Positions 1 to 12,460 of a stretch of 64,000 nt of DNA are shown one piece after another. This stretch comes from Mytilus edulis (lineage: Eukaryota): NCBI RefSeq assembly GCF_963676685.1, contig NC_092355.1:67518001-67582000 (forward strand), given 5' to 3'. Below the pieces are notes generated by a model. It ran no database searches. It saw nothing but the letters and a program-made list of their open reading frames with translations, and was not told where the DNA came from. Each line of letters opens with the position of its first letter. Within the stretch, counting starts at the first letter, position 1. Position numbers and translations under genes: made by a program.

Positions 1-148
1 TAAAAGTATTTTATAAAACGAATTCGACAATTGATAAAAAGCTAGCATTACAGCATATGTATCTATTCATTCAATGATATATTGTCTAAAATATGCTGTA
101 ATGCTAGCTTTTTATCAATTGTCGAATTCGTTTTATAAAATACTTTTA
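1..148. repeat. Perfect 58-bp inverted repeat (1-58 / 91-148, 32-nt loop); hairpin/MITE-like, possibly cut by the window edge
   Basis: taaaagtattttataaaacgaattcgacaattgataaaaagctagcattacagcatat at 1-58 is the exact reverse complement of 91-148. Confidence 0.9.
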
Positions 149-402
149 GTTTACAAGAAATGCTAGAATGCACCTAAAAAGTGTATAAGAAATGAACATT
201 ATTTAAAAAAGGAAACATTATATACACGAATCAAAAATGTGTTTGGAAATACATATATCCTTTATTTATTTGATACAAAATTAATCAAATCGATCTATTT
301 TGATTTTACCATAACAACCATGCATAAATAATTCTAAATTTAACAACAAGATGCTTCAGTCCATCTTACGAAGGATTCTTCCTACACAACTATTAAACTC
401 AC

Positions 403-551
403 CATCTTCCACTCTATGTGCATATTTGGTCTGATAACCACGACAAAAGTTTGCAATCTTTGAACCGGCATAGGCAAGCAAGTTTTCATTCGACATGCTG
501 GTTTTGGTAAGTCGATAAACATGTGTTGGTAGATGAGGGGCAAATATTTCA
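403..551 (-). CDS. BRICHOS precursor gene A, coding exon 4 (SEIFAPHLPTHVYRLTKTSMSNENLLAYAGSKIANFCRGYQTKYAHRVED); the next exon lies left of the window
   Basis: ttttag acceptor, gtgagt donor, 149 nt, phase 2 in / phase 1 out; same length and phases as the paralogous exon 33558-33706; I-x-x-F-C-x-G-Y resembles the BRICHOS C-terminal Cys motif. Confidence 0.88.
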
Positions 552-2451
552 CTAAAACAGAAATGCAATAATTGTTTTGTAAAACATGCATATATAGACC
601 CAATCAAGATTAAAGAGTAATACGGTGCATGTACTCCATTAAAGGACGTCTTAATCTGTAACTGATTTGTTCAGTTTACAACTTGAATTTCGTTTCAATT
701 TTTTCTGTCATTTTAAAACTTGTTCAAACTTTTACTAATTATTGTTAATAAGGTCGCAATTTGAAACATATGTGAAGTTACTTTAAATTTTTAAAAGTAA
801 GCAGTGCTTAGCATTTTCTAGCCTGGATCAGATAAGCATTTTTGGGCAAATTTGTATGGCTTTTGTATCTTTTGCTTCTGTGATGACTTTTTTTATAGAC
901 GATTCGTGGGTGTTTATTAAATGTTTTTTTCCATAATTTTTTTTTCTTATTTATACATGTTATATACAACGATAATTCAATAAAGCTGTTGAACCAATTG
1001 TTCCTTTCCAATGGTGGGGTAAAAGTCGCCCATAAGTACGATCTGATTGTCGTAGTCACTATGTCGACCTCATTCTATTTATTGACACATCACCCAATGT
1101 TTCCTACAATTGAGTTCTTTCTTACCACGTGTAACAAATTGAATAGAAACTGCTCATTCGCGTGTAAATGATGAGGTTTTTTTTTTTAATTTCAATTGCT
1201 TTGTAAAATATTCGTTGTTTTTTTCCCTGTTTTACCATTGTTTCGTCAGTTTCTTTATTGTTTTTCATTAAGGATGTACACCTAGATGAGCCGAAATCTT
1301 TTTGAGTAAACATTTTTTAGTGATCCAGATTCAAGGGTTGATATATATATGACTAAGAAAGTAATTGATTAAGACAAAATCAGACATCTATTGTTTTGCT
1401 ACGGTCATTAAACGTTTTTAATAATTTTCCCATTTTTCATCAATTGTTAACCATTTTTTGGCGACAATCATGAAAACAATCACATTACTTGTTAACAAAC
1501 TTCATACTCAAAGACTGATTATTGTAAGTGCACATTTTTTACACTCCGTTTAGTACGTATAAAAATATTTTGTTCTAAATTCATCGATACTTTCCACTTG
1601 TGTCACATGTTAATGAAATTATTCCCGAACGAGATATTACAAGAACGAACCATCAGAAGAATAGATCCTTTCGGAGTTGCTGCTTCCTCCTTAATTTGTT
1701 TGTTCATCCTCTTTACAAACTGCGTATAATGATATTCATAAACGTATAAGGTGATCTAATAGCTTTTCTCGTTTTCTGAAAGTATTTTTCGAGCTATCTA
1801 TGCTATTGAATTTCAACAATCGATTGAGTAACTTTTTTTTCTAATTACATTCTATTACTTTTACGTATACATTACTATCAAATTGAGCTCAGTGCCTAGC
1901 TAGAGTTACCAATTTTATCTCTCATGTTATCTCGCTTGAACTTTTATTTTGTCATGTTGGAGAATTTAGAAGCTGACGATACGGTTTTGTTTTTGAAGCG
2001 GACGATACGGTTTTGATTTTGAGCACTTAAGGGACGTTGGTTTTAAATTCCACACCAGTTAGACTCTAGTTTAGAGTAGATCTATTTGCACCAATACCAA
2101 ATCTCCTATTTGTGTATGGTGACATGCAGTTTTTACAATAATCGAAAATAGCACAGTATAAAAAAAAACTATAATAAAGAACTTTATAAATAAAAGGCTG
2201 TCATTGTTTTAAGTTTATATGTGCCGTCTACATTACATAGACAACCCTTTTTCTTCCTTGTTTTCTACATGCTATTGCTGCAATCAGTTTAATAAATAGG
2301 TGCATAAATGGGTAATCTCGCTGTCTTTAAGACATTTTGCATATCAAATTCATACGGTTATTCTGATTCTATCCAAAACAAACCTTTTTGTTGTGTCTTA
2401 ATTTTTCGGCGTGTTTGTATTGTACATTAAGTACTAATAAATTTACATTAC

Positions 2452-2552
2452 CTTGTCATGTTATGCAGTCGAGTACTTAGTTCTGCAAGATCTTCGTCCA
2501 TATGAATAACATAACAAATTCCAGCATCTATCCGTTTAAAGGCTAGTTTTTG
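2452..2552 (-). CDS. BRICHOS precursor gene A, coding exon 3 (QKLAFKRIDAGICYVIHMDEDLAELSTRLHNMT)
   Basis: ttcag/gtaatg splice sites, 101 nt, phase 0/2; LAFK...GICYV resembles the first BRICHOS Cys motif; paralog at 34266-34366. Confidence 0.88.
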
Positions 2553-2843
2553 CTGAATTGAAGAAGAACATATATGGAGATATACACCATTCATACTATT
2601 CGTCACAATTTAAAAACAAATCTTACGACGTTGTTAAACGAGTTCGTAAGTTAAGAAACAACCAATACATGATCAGTGTAGTGTTATTGGCCATGCAATT
2701 GAACCTAGACGTAATAGTTCAACATTTATTTAGTACTTTACCCCTCTCTTTTGGTGTTATCAATTAGATAGTGGCATAAGACAAAATAACAAAATACAAT
2801 CCGATAACTGTTTAGTAGTAAAGTAAATTGTAAGTGAACATAC

Positions 2844-2996
2844 CATATTAAAGTCATGAAGATTAACGGTACTTGAGAATGTTGGTCCAAGATGGCTGAC
2901 TCCACCAACAGTGACCACAAATGTGTTTTTCTCAAGATCGAGAACGAAATCTACGTTAACTGGTTTCCCGTCAACTTTCACAACTGCTCTAAAGTT
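2844..2996 (-). CDS. BRICHOS precursor gene A, coding exon 2 (NFRAVVKVDGKPVNVDFVLDLEKNTFVVTVGGVSHLGPTFSSTVNLHDFNM)
   Basis: tttacag/gtatgt splice sites, 153 nt, phase 0/0; ends in HDF, the conserved BRICHOS Asp motif; paralogs at 35933-36085 and 9748-9904. Confidence 0.88.
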
Positions 2997-4254
2997 CTGT
3001 AAAGCGAAATAATAATAAATGTGTTTGGGAAAATGCTTTAAAATCAGATATAATGCAAAGACGTTAACTAATTTTGTAGACCGAAGTTAGCTTACCGTTA
3101 GTCAAATTTGCCATTATCTCATATACCAAGTCAGGAATATGACAATTGTTATCAAATCGTTTGGTGTGTTTGGGTTTTTGATTTTGCCATTTGATTGGGG
3201 ACTTTCCTCTTTTAATTTTCCGCCGTGTTCGGTGTTTTTGTGATTTTTTGTTAGTACATTGTGAATAGATAATTATTCTGTTATGAGATTTTTCTATTTA
3301 ATTCTGCAAGTCACCTTTACAAGCGTGTAATTGTCAAGCACTAATGTAACAATTTACATGATTGAGTCTAAGTGATTAGTTCTTTGTACTGTATGACATA
3401 ACACATTATCAGCCTTGTATCTTTTGTCATAATGGAGATTCCTCACATTTTTTGTTTACAAATATCAGACACGTTACTATACATTTTGCCTAAGATAAAA
3501 CGGCTTCTTAAAAAACATTCACTTTAAAATGTATGTCTCTAACTTTTTTCTTCAGTTCTTCAAACCATGCCTTTAAATGCAAAACTGTTAACTCAAGTTA
3601 TCTTTTTAAACACATGTTTTGTGATGCATTTTTGCATATTATACTCTGCTCATGTCATGCAATTTCAGGTCAATTCTATCGATTTCTTCAAACGACGATT
3701 TGTGATCAATTTATTATTTTCAACTGTCACGTGTATAATCGTATACAAAATGCCTCGTTTTTGCATTCATAGAGTAGCTTTGTGAATTTAAAAAAAAATT
3801 GAATCATAAGGTACAGCTTACAAGTTGCCTTTATATATACCATGTTGAGATAAAACTAGCGCATGAATGAAAATTGATTAGCTCGTAGTTTTGTATATGA
3901 TGACTTCGGAATAATGACATAAAACCATTAAGCATAGAATTTTTCAAAACTTAAAACAACACGTTATAAACTTTATGCATGCAACGCGCTTTTCTTGAGT
4001 TTCCTTCATCATAAACGGTCAAATTCGAATATGTTAAAGCCAAGGATGTATTAAACCTGAAACAGCTTAACAGTTTTATAATCAACACTATTTTAAATTT
4101 TATTTAGACTGATTGATAACCAGATATAAATATAAAAGGTTAACTTAGGATTTTCATTTTTTTTTTTCATATTTGTCATCGAATAGTATTTTTATTTCTT
4201 ACTTTAGTACACTGCTTCTATATGTAATATAAAGTACAAAAATGTTTAACTTAC

Positions 4255-4305
4255 CTCTGGAAAACATGACACACAGGCAATCAACACTAGGAACAAAATC
4301 ATCAT
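4255..4305 (-). CDS. BRICHOS precursor gene A, coding exon 1: signal peptide (MMILFLVLIACVSCFPE)
   Basis: Hydrophobic signal-like peptide, gtaagt donor in phase 0, gacag acceptor just upstream of the ATG; paralog at 39931-39978. Confidence 0.85.
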
Positions 4306-5140
4306 TATCTGTCAAGGAGTTAAAAGATATACACTATCCATTATGCAAATCATTTTGAAATTACAATTTATAATTCGAAATTTTATAATTCCAACAAAAA
4401 ATCGACAATAAATTCAGATCAACCTTTTATTTCAAGATCGTCTTTGAATGTTTTATGAGTTTCAAATTTTGTACCATTGCAATTGAATGAAAATATCCAA
4501 CCTTGAATATGGATATAAAGTATGTTCGTCCATGTGCTTCAGAGTTAAAGGTTTCAAAATTGTATTCAGCTTATGAATCAATCACAATAGATTTGATTCT
4601 TCGTTGTAAACAGCAGATGGCAGTCAAATTCAAAATAAGGACACCACTTGATATAACACAGATGACATCGGGTATATTGTTTGACGTCGTCCTTATACGC
4701 CCATCCATGACGATGCCTTGTTACAAGACATCAGCAGAGAAAACATCACCTTTCCCATAAAATTAGATTGAATTCACTCTATCAAATATTTAACGCAACC
4801 ATTTCTATAAAAATATTCTTTGAGTATTATCCCTTTTACTTTCGGTTTCGCTTGATATTTTATTCACCTTCAAGTTAATGATTATTAAAACCACAAGAAT
4901 CCATAGAACAGACACAACCTTTCCTTTTTAAAGTAAAAACACTTCTAAACAAATCTTCTATTCCCAACTTTTACGCAAAGAACTTGATAAAGATAAATGA
5001 GGAACAAATCCAGGTAACAAAAAACTCAAATCACAGCAACTCAAAATGAACTATAACGTGTAAACGTTGAAAAACCTTCAAATGCTTTAAATCATAAACA
5101 AAAAACGCTGTTCTAAAAACTCCAAGAAGCATTACCTTAC

Positions 5141-5191
5141 CCTTTGAATTATCTGCTAGCTCTTAGATAGACATATATTCATTGTTTTATA
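5141..5191 (-). promoter_or_regulatory. Putative TATA box (TATAAAA, 5185-5191) and short 5' non-coding exon of gene A (donor after 5141)
   Basis: TATAAAA about 45 nt upstream of an agg|gtaag donor; same layout at 43902-43958 upstream of gene B; coding exon 1 has an acceptor, so an upstream exon is expected. Confidence 0.5.
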
Positions 5192-5889
5192 TGAATTTCT
5201 TATCAACTGTAGACCTCTTTAGTTAGGAAAATATTGTTATTTTCAATGCATTGGCCTTGTATTCGGTCGTAAACTTTGTAATCATTTGCGCAGTAGGGAA
5301 TTTTTATTATAAACTGCAGCTGTGCATTTTACGCAGTCAAATTGCATTTATTTATCGTTTATTTCGCTTGTTCTGTAATTAAATAACCTTGAGCAATAAT
5401 GAACTATTTGTAGGAAAGGTATTTTAGTGAGGAGACATACACATTTAACAGATCTCTAATTCATTCGATTTTCACCTTTAATAGATAAATTTGAGAGTGT
5501 TCATACTATTCAAGTCATTTTCCGGTTTGCTGGTGAAACAAATAAAGGACTTCAAAAAGACGCAAATACGCCTCGATAAATCACTAATCAGGTTCTCTGC
5601 ATATTAATATTGTGAAATATCAGCGTCTCGGCACAATACAAAGACTACGCTCACTCGACAAGAACTTCATATTGATACTCGCAGCTGATATTTGACCGTA
5701 TCAATAAGCAGACAACTTGATAATCGGTTCATATTTCATACTATATGAAGTGTATCTCTAATCATTGCTTGTTCAGATGGTGTACATAATCAGGTCAGAT
5801 CTATTTCCGACGGTTCACAACTACTAAGTAAACTATATATGAAAATTGTAATTACTACTTTTTTATATAGCGTTAACACTTTGTGTTGA

Positions 5890-8800
5890 ATAAATCGGAC
5901 TTTTTTCATTTTTGTACATGCATCTCAAAACGTGGTAAATCGGTAGTTGACTTTATATTCACAACTCACGAACATTTAAACTCTTGCATAGACTTCAATG
6001 AGAAAACCATGTCTGATATAACTCATTTCTTCGATCTTCAAGAGTGCAGCCAAATACAAGATTATTCAGTGCTACAGACAGTAATACAAAGGGAAGCATC
6101 TGTACCTCATAATAACGTGTAAAAATTCCCGACAAATTTAAAACGAATTCCAAATAATCCAAAATCTTACCAAATTCCTAACGATTTTTTAAATGATGAC
6201 AATGCTCGAGAAAAAACTGAACAAATTATCAACAAAATAGAAAATGCACTTGCAGATAGACGAGACGTTGACGAAGCATATAGTAATTTATTTCAATTGA
6301 TTAACGTTGAAGTTATCTCAAAAATAGGACACAAGACTGCACATGATGACCAGCATAAAATAACTACAAAATGCAGTAGAAAGTCAAAATATAAACCATA
6401 CTGGAACGAAAATCTTCAAGAATATTGGAAGAACGCATGTGAACAAGAGAAAAATTTGCTTAAGGATAAGATATGTGATCCGAAGCAAAAACGTCTAAGA
6501 GAACATTTCGTAACAGCTAGAAATGATTTTGATAAACTTCTGCGAAAGGAAAAACGTAATTATTAATCATGTTAATTGCGTCAACAAAAAGAACTTTTTG
6601 ACCTATCGAAAGAAAGTAATACGAGGGATTTTTGGCGACAAATAGGAAAACTAGAAATAATAATAGATAGACATGACGAAACACCAATGGAAGTTCGTCT
6701 ACCAAATGGCAACATCATCAAGGATATCAATATTGTTTATAAAACCTTGAAAAATGAATATGAACATTTGTTTAACATTAGCATGATTAGCGACGGGGAA
6801 TACGATGAGGGATTTCGAACATTTATTCAACAAGTAGATCATGACCTAGTGAGCAATATTTAGAATAACTCGGACACATTAAACTCTAGAATTTCATATG
6901 ACATGTATGAGGCCGTAGAAAAATCTGTGTAATGTGCAAAATTGAACAGGTCCACCGGGTTAGACCAGATATGCGCAGAATTTCTCCGCAACAATTCATG
7001 TGCAGATATCATATTCAAGATCGTTAAATTTGCATTCGATAACGGAGTTGTACCAGAAACTTGGAACCAAATTTTGATCAATCCGATTCTAAAACCAGAT
7101 AAAGACAACCGTGATCCTCTGGGATATAGAGGAATAGCTCTTACGTCAATTCCTTGTAAAATATATGCTGACATTCTAAATGTACGATTGTCATCTTGGT
7201 TAGAAGACAACGACATTCTTGCTGACAAGAAAACGGTTTCAGGAAGGATCGTGTCTGTATGGAACATCTGTACGCTTTAACAACTTATAATCACTTATAG
7301 GAAAATTGAACGTAAGTCGACATTTGCGTGCCTCATCGACGCAAAAAAAGCCTTTGACACCGTGAGCAGAGAAATGTTGTGGTATAAATTGATGGCACTT
7401 GGTATAAATGGAAAGTTCCTGAAAGGGTAACAGTCTTTGTACGTAGATGTTCGTTACGCAGTAAAAATCAATGGGTACATGACAGATATGTTTAACGTTA
7501 TTTAGGATATGAATCAAGGATGTAAATTATCCCCGACGTTGTTCTCAGTTTATGTAAACGATCTCGCAGATGAAATCAACTCAAATTTTGGTATACCAAT
7601 AAATGCAGTTAGTGTGATTTCGATATTATTATACGCAGATGACATTGTTATATTGGCGCCCGACGAAGAATCACTTCAGCAAATGTTAAATATTGTTCAT
7701 AAATGGTGTTCGAAATGGAGAGTATGTATAACTTTTGACAAAACTAGTGTAGTGCATTTCAGATGTGGATCTTCACCTTTATCTAACTTTGGTTTTACCT
7801 GTGGAAATACCATTGTAAAATACGACAGCAAATATAGACATATTGGTATGTGGATAGATGAACACCTAGACTGGAGGTTTACCGTTAGAGACGTAAGAAA
7901 ATCGGCCAGTCGAGCTTTGTCGGCACTTTATGCCAAATTTATAGCCTGTGGTGGAATGGACTTTGATATATGCGAAAAATAATATAAAAACCTTGTTCAA
8001 CCTGTATTGTTTTATGAATCAAGTATCTGGGGTATATCAGAACATAAGCAACTAGAAACTGAGCAAAATAGGGCATGTCGATACGTTTTAAGGGCCTTTA
8101 AAAACTCTACCAATCTAGCCGTTCGTGGAGATATGGGATGGACAACAGTTAAAAAGAAAACAGAACATTGAAGTTATGAGATTATTTTTCAAACTTTCTA
8201 ATTTAGAGGATGATAGAATAGCTCGGACTATACATGAAACTAGTAGGACAAAACAACGATCATGGCATTCACGTGTATTAGCTTTATGGAGAAAATCTGA
8301 ATTGAAATTTTTAATCAATCTCAACATTACAACCAAACAAAAGCTACGAACGGCTCAAGACAAATTAACAGTTATATCTCAAGAGAAATGGTTAATTGAT
8401 GTTTTTGACGATAAAAATTATGTAACTGAAACAAGCTTAGAACATTCAGAAGGTTTTAAAATAAACAATTGCAAAACTAGTGTATTTGTTTAAACATTCA
8501 ACTTTCGTGACCATCGACACATTTCATCAATTTTTTTATGTGGATCGCTGCCGCTTGTGGTTGAGAACGGATGTTACACCAAGCCGACCACTCTATTATG
8601 TGATAGACTTTTTCTTTTCTGCAATGACATTTTAATTGAGACAGAACAACATTTGTTGATAGACTGTAATTTTTATGCAGATATAAGAGAAGAACTTTTT
8701 AATTATATTTATGTTCTGAATAACACTTTTAATGCTATGAACTCAGATGAAAAATTGGATTTTATTTTGAACTGTGATCATGCTCAAGTTTTATTAGTCA

Positions 8801-9085
8801 AGTCCTTGCATCTTATGTATAAACGCAGGAAGATTAATTTGTAAATTTTTAAACAATATTGATTGTATAAATGAACTTAAAGGAGATTTTAGAATTTTAG
8901 TATCAGGAAAAGTTTTATTATTTAGATATTTCTTTTACATTATAGTATATATTTTTTTAGTTTGAAAAGGATCAAAGTGTCTCATATGTCTTAAAAGCAA
9001 GGATTTATATGGTTTTAAAGATTTTTATATTGTATATGATGATGTATATCGGATTGTGACACTATAATAAACTATTTACTTACTC
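5890..9085 (+). mobile_element. 5'-truncated, degenerate non-LTR retrotransposon (L2/Crack/CR1-like ORF2: endonuclease C-terminus, RT, C-terminal Cys/His motif)
   Basis: Fragmented ORFs with RGKSVVDF, STGLDQI, YRGIAL, KKAFDTV, QGCKLSPTLF, LLYADD, ETEQHLLIDC; AATAAA plus a (TTAC)-type tail at about 9066-9085; many stops and frameshifts. Confidence 0.9.
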
Positions 9086-9209
9086 TATTAACCATTAATT
9101 GGACACTATATATCAAATATTTGATAGTCATGGATGTGTAAAAGCTAATAATCGTTTTAACCAAAAGAGGCTTAATTGGTTATCAAATGTACCTGGACTA
9201 TAATTTAGT

Positions 9210-9253
9210 ACGCCAGACACGCGTTTCGCCTACATAAGACTCATCAGTGACGC
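9210..9253 (-). ncRNA. Minimal type I hammerhead ribozyme motif within a dispersed repeat (about 9180-9440)
   Basis: Reverse complement GCGUCA-CUGAUGA-GUCU(UAUGU)AGGC-GAAA-CGCGUGUC-UGGCGU: intact core, stems I and II pair, near-palindromic stem III, GUC cleavage triplet. Confidence 0.75.
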
Positions 9254-9514
9254 TCATATCAAAATATTTATAAAGCCAAGCAAGTACAAAGTTGAAGAGC
9301 ATTGAGGATCCAAAATTCCAAACAGTTGTGCCAAATACGGCTAAGGTAATCTATGCCTGGGATAAAAAAATCCTTAGTTTTCGAAAAATCCAAAATTGTA
9401 AACAGGAAATTTATAAAAATGACCACATTATTGATATTTGACAAACTGGGGAAAATAATCAGAAGCCGCAAATGCAACAACCGTAAGGCAAACCGATCCC
9501 GGTTATTGAACATT

Positions 9515-9570
9515 TCGTAACTTCCGTTTAGCTCGTAACTTCCGTTTAGTTCGTAACTTCCGTTTAGTTC
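9515..9570. repeat. 18-bp tandem repeat x3 (tcgtaacttccgtttagy)
   Basis: Seen directly. Confidence 0.9.
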
Positions 9571-9747
9571 AAATTGTATTCTGAAGATTTTTTAGTGTCA
9601 ATTCCCTTAAACATCTTATGTGCTAAGGTTACATAGAGTTTTTTTTATCTAGTAACAAAACAAATTTAGCAAAACAGATGTAATTCTTATGAGACGATGA
9701 TTCAATAACTGTTTAGATTTGTAATAAGATGTTATAAGTTACCATAC

Positions 9748-10463
9748 CATATTGGATTCATGCAGATTCATAGTGCTTTTCCATTTTGGTCCAAGGTGGC
9801 TCACATCACCAACATTGACCAACATTGACCAATAACGTGTTCTTCTCAAGATTGAGAACTATATCTTCGTGCACTGGTTTCTCATCAACTTTCACTATTA
9901 CTCTTTTAAAAAATCCCATTCTGTTAGATCCTTTAATTTTTGAACCAATTATAATTATTACAACATTTATGTTCAGAATAAAACTTTGACTTTGATATAC
10001 AACGTGTACAGAACATATGTAAATCATAAATGAGGAGACCTCTTTACCTTATCGTCAGATGAAAATAATCAGTCTTAATTTCGGTCCTGTATCTTCTAAG
10101 ACAGTCAATGAAAAGATAAAGTTTGATTCATTTGTATATGACGATGTGTATAATGGTAACACGATTATGTAGGCTCTTTCGTGAACCTCCCTTTTTTATG
10201 TAAAGAGGCAAACTGCTGGCACTGAATTTTTTAGCGGGAGGAGTTTTGGAACAGGCAGCATGAACGGTTTTCGTATCTAGGTCAAATATGTCAATTTCGG
10301 AATGTTCCAATATTTCGGAATAGCGTGAGTAGTTTGCCCTCTCCATCTTTTAAAACTAATGTGAACATCAATAGGACTACAGCATTTTCTTTAACTAACT
10401 TTGGCAAACTACCCTAATATTCAATTGGAATATAAAGATATTTAACTTAACTTACCTCTGGAG
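9748..10463 (-). pseudogene. BRICHOS precursor pseudogene: exon-2 copy (9748-9904) and a remnant of the exon-1 3' end (10456-10463)
   Basis: RVIVKVDEKPVHEDIVLNLEKNTLLVNV...GDVSHLGPKWKSTMNLHESNM|gtatg with a 10-bp tandem duplication (ggtcaatgtt) that shifts frame, a lost acceptor and HDF changed to HES; ctccagag|gtaagt matches the exon-1 end of genes A and B. Confidence 0.8.
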
Positions 10464-11533
10464 TTCTAAGACAGTCAATGAAAAGACAAAGTTTGATTCA
10501 TTTGTATTGACAATGACCTATATAAACTAATGACATAACTTGATGTAGATATTATTGATAATACCGAATCAAATTTCCGAATATTAGTCGATTTGTTCCT
10601 TTGTAAAGTAACATGTGATGACGTCACAAAATATGGATGTTTGTTCAAAACCTTTTAAGATATACCTTAATGAAATAAAGGTGTTAACTTCTACGTCTTG
10701 TTTGTCTCCGTTAAAGATTTGTCTCATTAGAAATTTTACCACGTCTTCTTATTCTAATATATTAAGCAACTAAACGATGCATACAACTACACATATTTTT
10801 AAAACGAAATATGAAACTACAAACATGTTTTCATACTTCATATTCCAATATAGATTATGGCCTCGGAAAAAACTGCATGACTGCAAAGATACACTTTATT
10901 TAAACAAAACAGAACAGCATTCATAGATATAAAAAATTTGACAAAAGTTCTCTCCAAAAACTGAAACCCTAAATATTTGCTTTTATATCACAAAAAAAAA
11001 TGACAGCTGATGAACCACATTTCATATTGATAGAACATGGGTTCAAACTGGTTTAATGAGACTTGTTGCCCATATGATTGCAAAATTCAAACTGTAATAA
11101 CAAATTTATATGATTCTAATATGATGTGCTTCTTTTGCTTTATGAATAAATCCATGCTCTCAAACCAATAAAACAAATGTGCACATTCGTATATATACGC
11201 TATAGATGCATAAAAATGATAAAATCGTGCACAAAAGACTAAGTTTATGACAAATATAGGCATTCATTTGTTCAAGGATTGGACAAATACTATTTTTTCA
11301 TCAGTCATTTGTTTCATATGACTTTGATATTTCTACATTGAAAACTTATAAGTATTATACATATGATTCAAGGAAGTTTAAATTTTTCAATTGATTTTTA
11401 TATACTTATGGTCAACCAATAGTCAACTAACTTACATATTGTGGGTGTTCTGTAACTAAGTCATTGTTTGATTCAAAGACGATAAATTTTCCAAGAAAGA
11501 GGACATGCATATCCCCTGAATAAGTCAAGTAAA

Positions 11534-11835
11534 ATGAGGCTACAAACTGTGTTTTTTTCATATTAACTTACTCATTACAATATACAGCGGAACGACAATT
11601 ATATCAGCACATCATAAACCAGAGGCTGATGGCAAATTTGGAAATCAGAACAATGATGAAACAAAGTTTTCTATATCAATAGCTGAATGTAATATGAGAT
11701 GTTCATTAAATCCTCGTTGTGTATCTTTTTTCTATAATTCGTTGACAAAACTGTGTATTTTACATTCAAATCCTTTTACTTATACTGTTATACCCAATTC
11801 AGGAACTGGATGGAAACTTTATGTAACTCGAGATC
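11534..11835 (+). CDS. PAN/apple + C-type lectin gene, exon 1 (signal peptide and PAN/apple domain); +1 frameshift in a T7 run at about 11552-11558
   Basis: With one T removed: MRLQTVFFHINLLITIYSGTTIISAHHKPEADGKFGNQNNDETKFSISIAECNMRCSLNPRCVSFFYNSLTKLCILHSNPFTYTVIPNSGTGWKLYVTRD; C-x3-C-x5-C-x-S-F-x-Y...C-x-L is the PAN/apple pattern; gtaagt donor, phase 1. Confidence 0.8.
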
Positions 11836-12044
11836 GTAAGTTAATATTAAACAAATATTTGAAAATACGTATAAGTATGAAAAGACTCGTCGAATAAAAT
11901 GCAATTAGTTGAAAGAATATAATTCGAATCACTTAACAAAAACAAAGAAGAAATATTATAATATTCGTTATGAGTATAACTGATTCAAATAACATCGGAC
12001 TTTTATTTTCGCTGTTGTAAAATAGTGTGATTATAATTTTTCAG

Positions 12045-12203
12045 GAACTAGTCGTTGTCCAGATAATTTCTTTTTCTATAGACAACTTGACTTTTGTTGC
12101 CAGTTCAGGCCAACAATCAAGGCTGCTTACATTTCTTGTCCGCTTGGTAAATTGCAAAGAATTGATACGGAGGAAAAACAGAACTATACAATGAAAATCA
12201 CAG
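12045..12203 (+). CDS. PAN + C-type lectin gene, exon 2 (TSRCPDNFFFYRQLDFCCQFRPTIKAAYISCPLGKLQRIDTEEKQNYTMKIT)
   Basis: tttcag/gtatga splice sites, 159 nt, phase 1/1; CP-x-x-F...C and C...GKL-x-x-I-D-x-x-E pattern of the CTLD N-terminal half. Confidence 0.85.
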
Positions 12204-12416
12204 GTATGAAAAGTTAAATCACTGGATGGAAAACTTGCACAGTGAGGGTCAGCGATATGATTATCTAGGGTAAGATAGCGTAATATCTGAACCAATTATA
12301 ATGTAAAAATATGTGAACTCAGACTTGGATTTATACATTTTCTGTTGAATGATAATTTTGTCCTTAGTGATTTTTAACTTTGTACCTAATTTATATATTT
12401 AGCTATTTGTATTCGA

Positions 12417-12460
12417 GTGTCACTGGTGAGTCTTTTGTAGACGGAACGCGAATCTGGCTT
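12417..12460 (+). ncRNA. Degenerate hammerhead motif (core mutated)
   Basis: CUGGUGA / GGAA in place of CUGAUGA / GAAA; same flanks as the 9210 copy. Confidence 0.6.

Noticed and set aside
356-402. ORF 356-607 read-through C-terminus (GEFNSCVGRILRKMD) as the end of gene A
   Set aside because: The G|gtgagt donor is conserved in both paralogs, and in gene B the read-through stops immediately, so this is intron
3980-4030. Second hammerhead-like family (also near 38800-38850)
   Set aside because: Core nucleotides and stems are too degenerate to call
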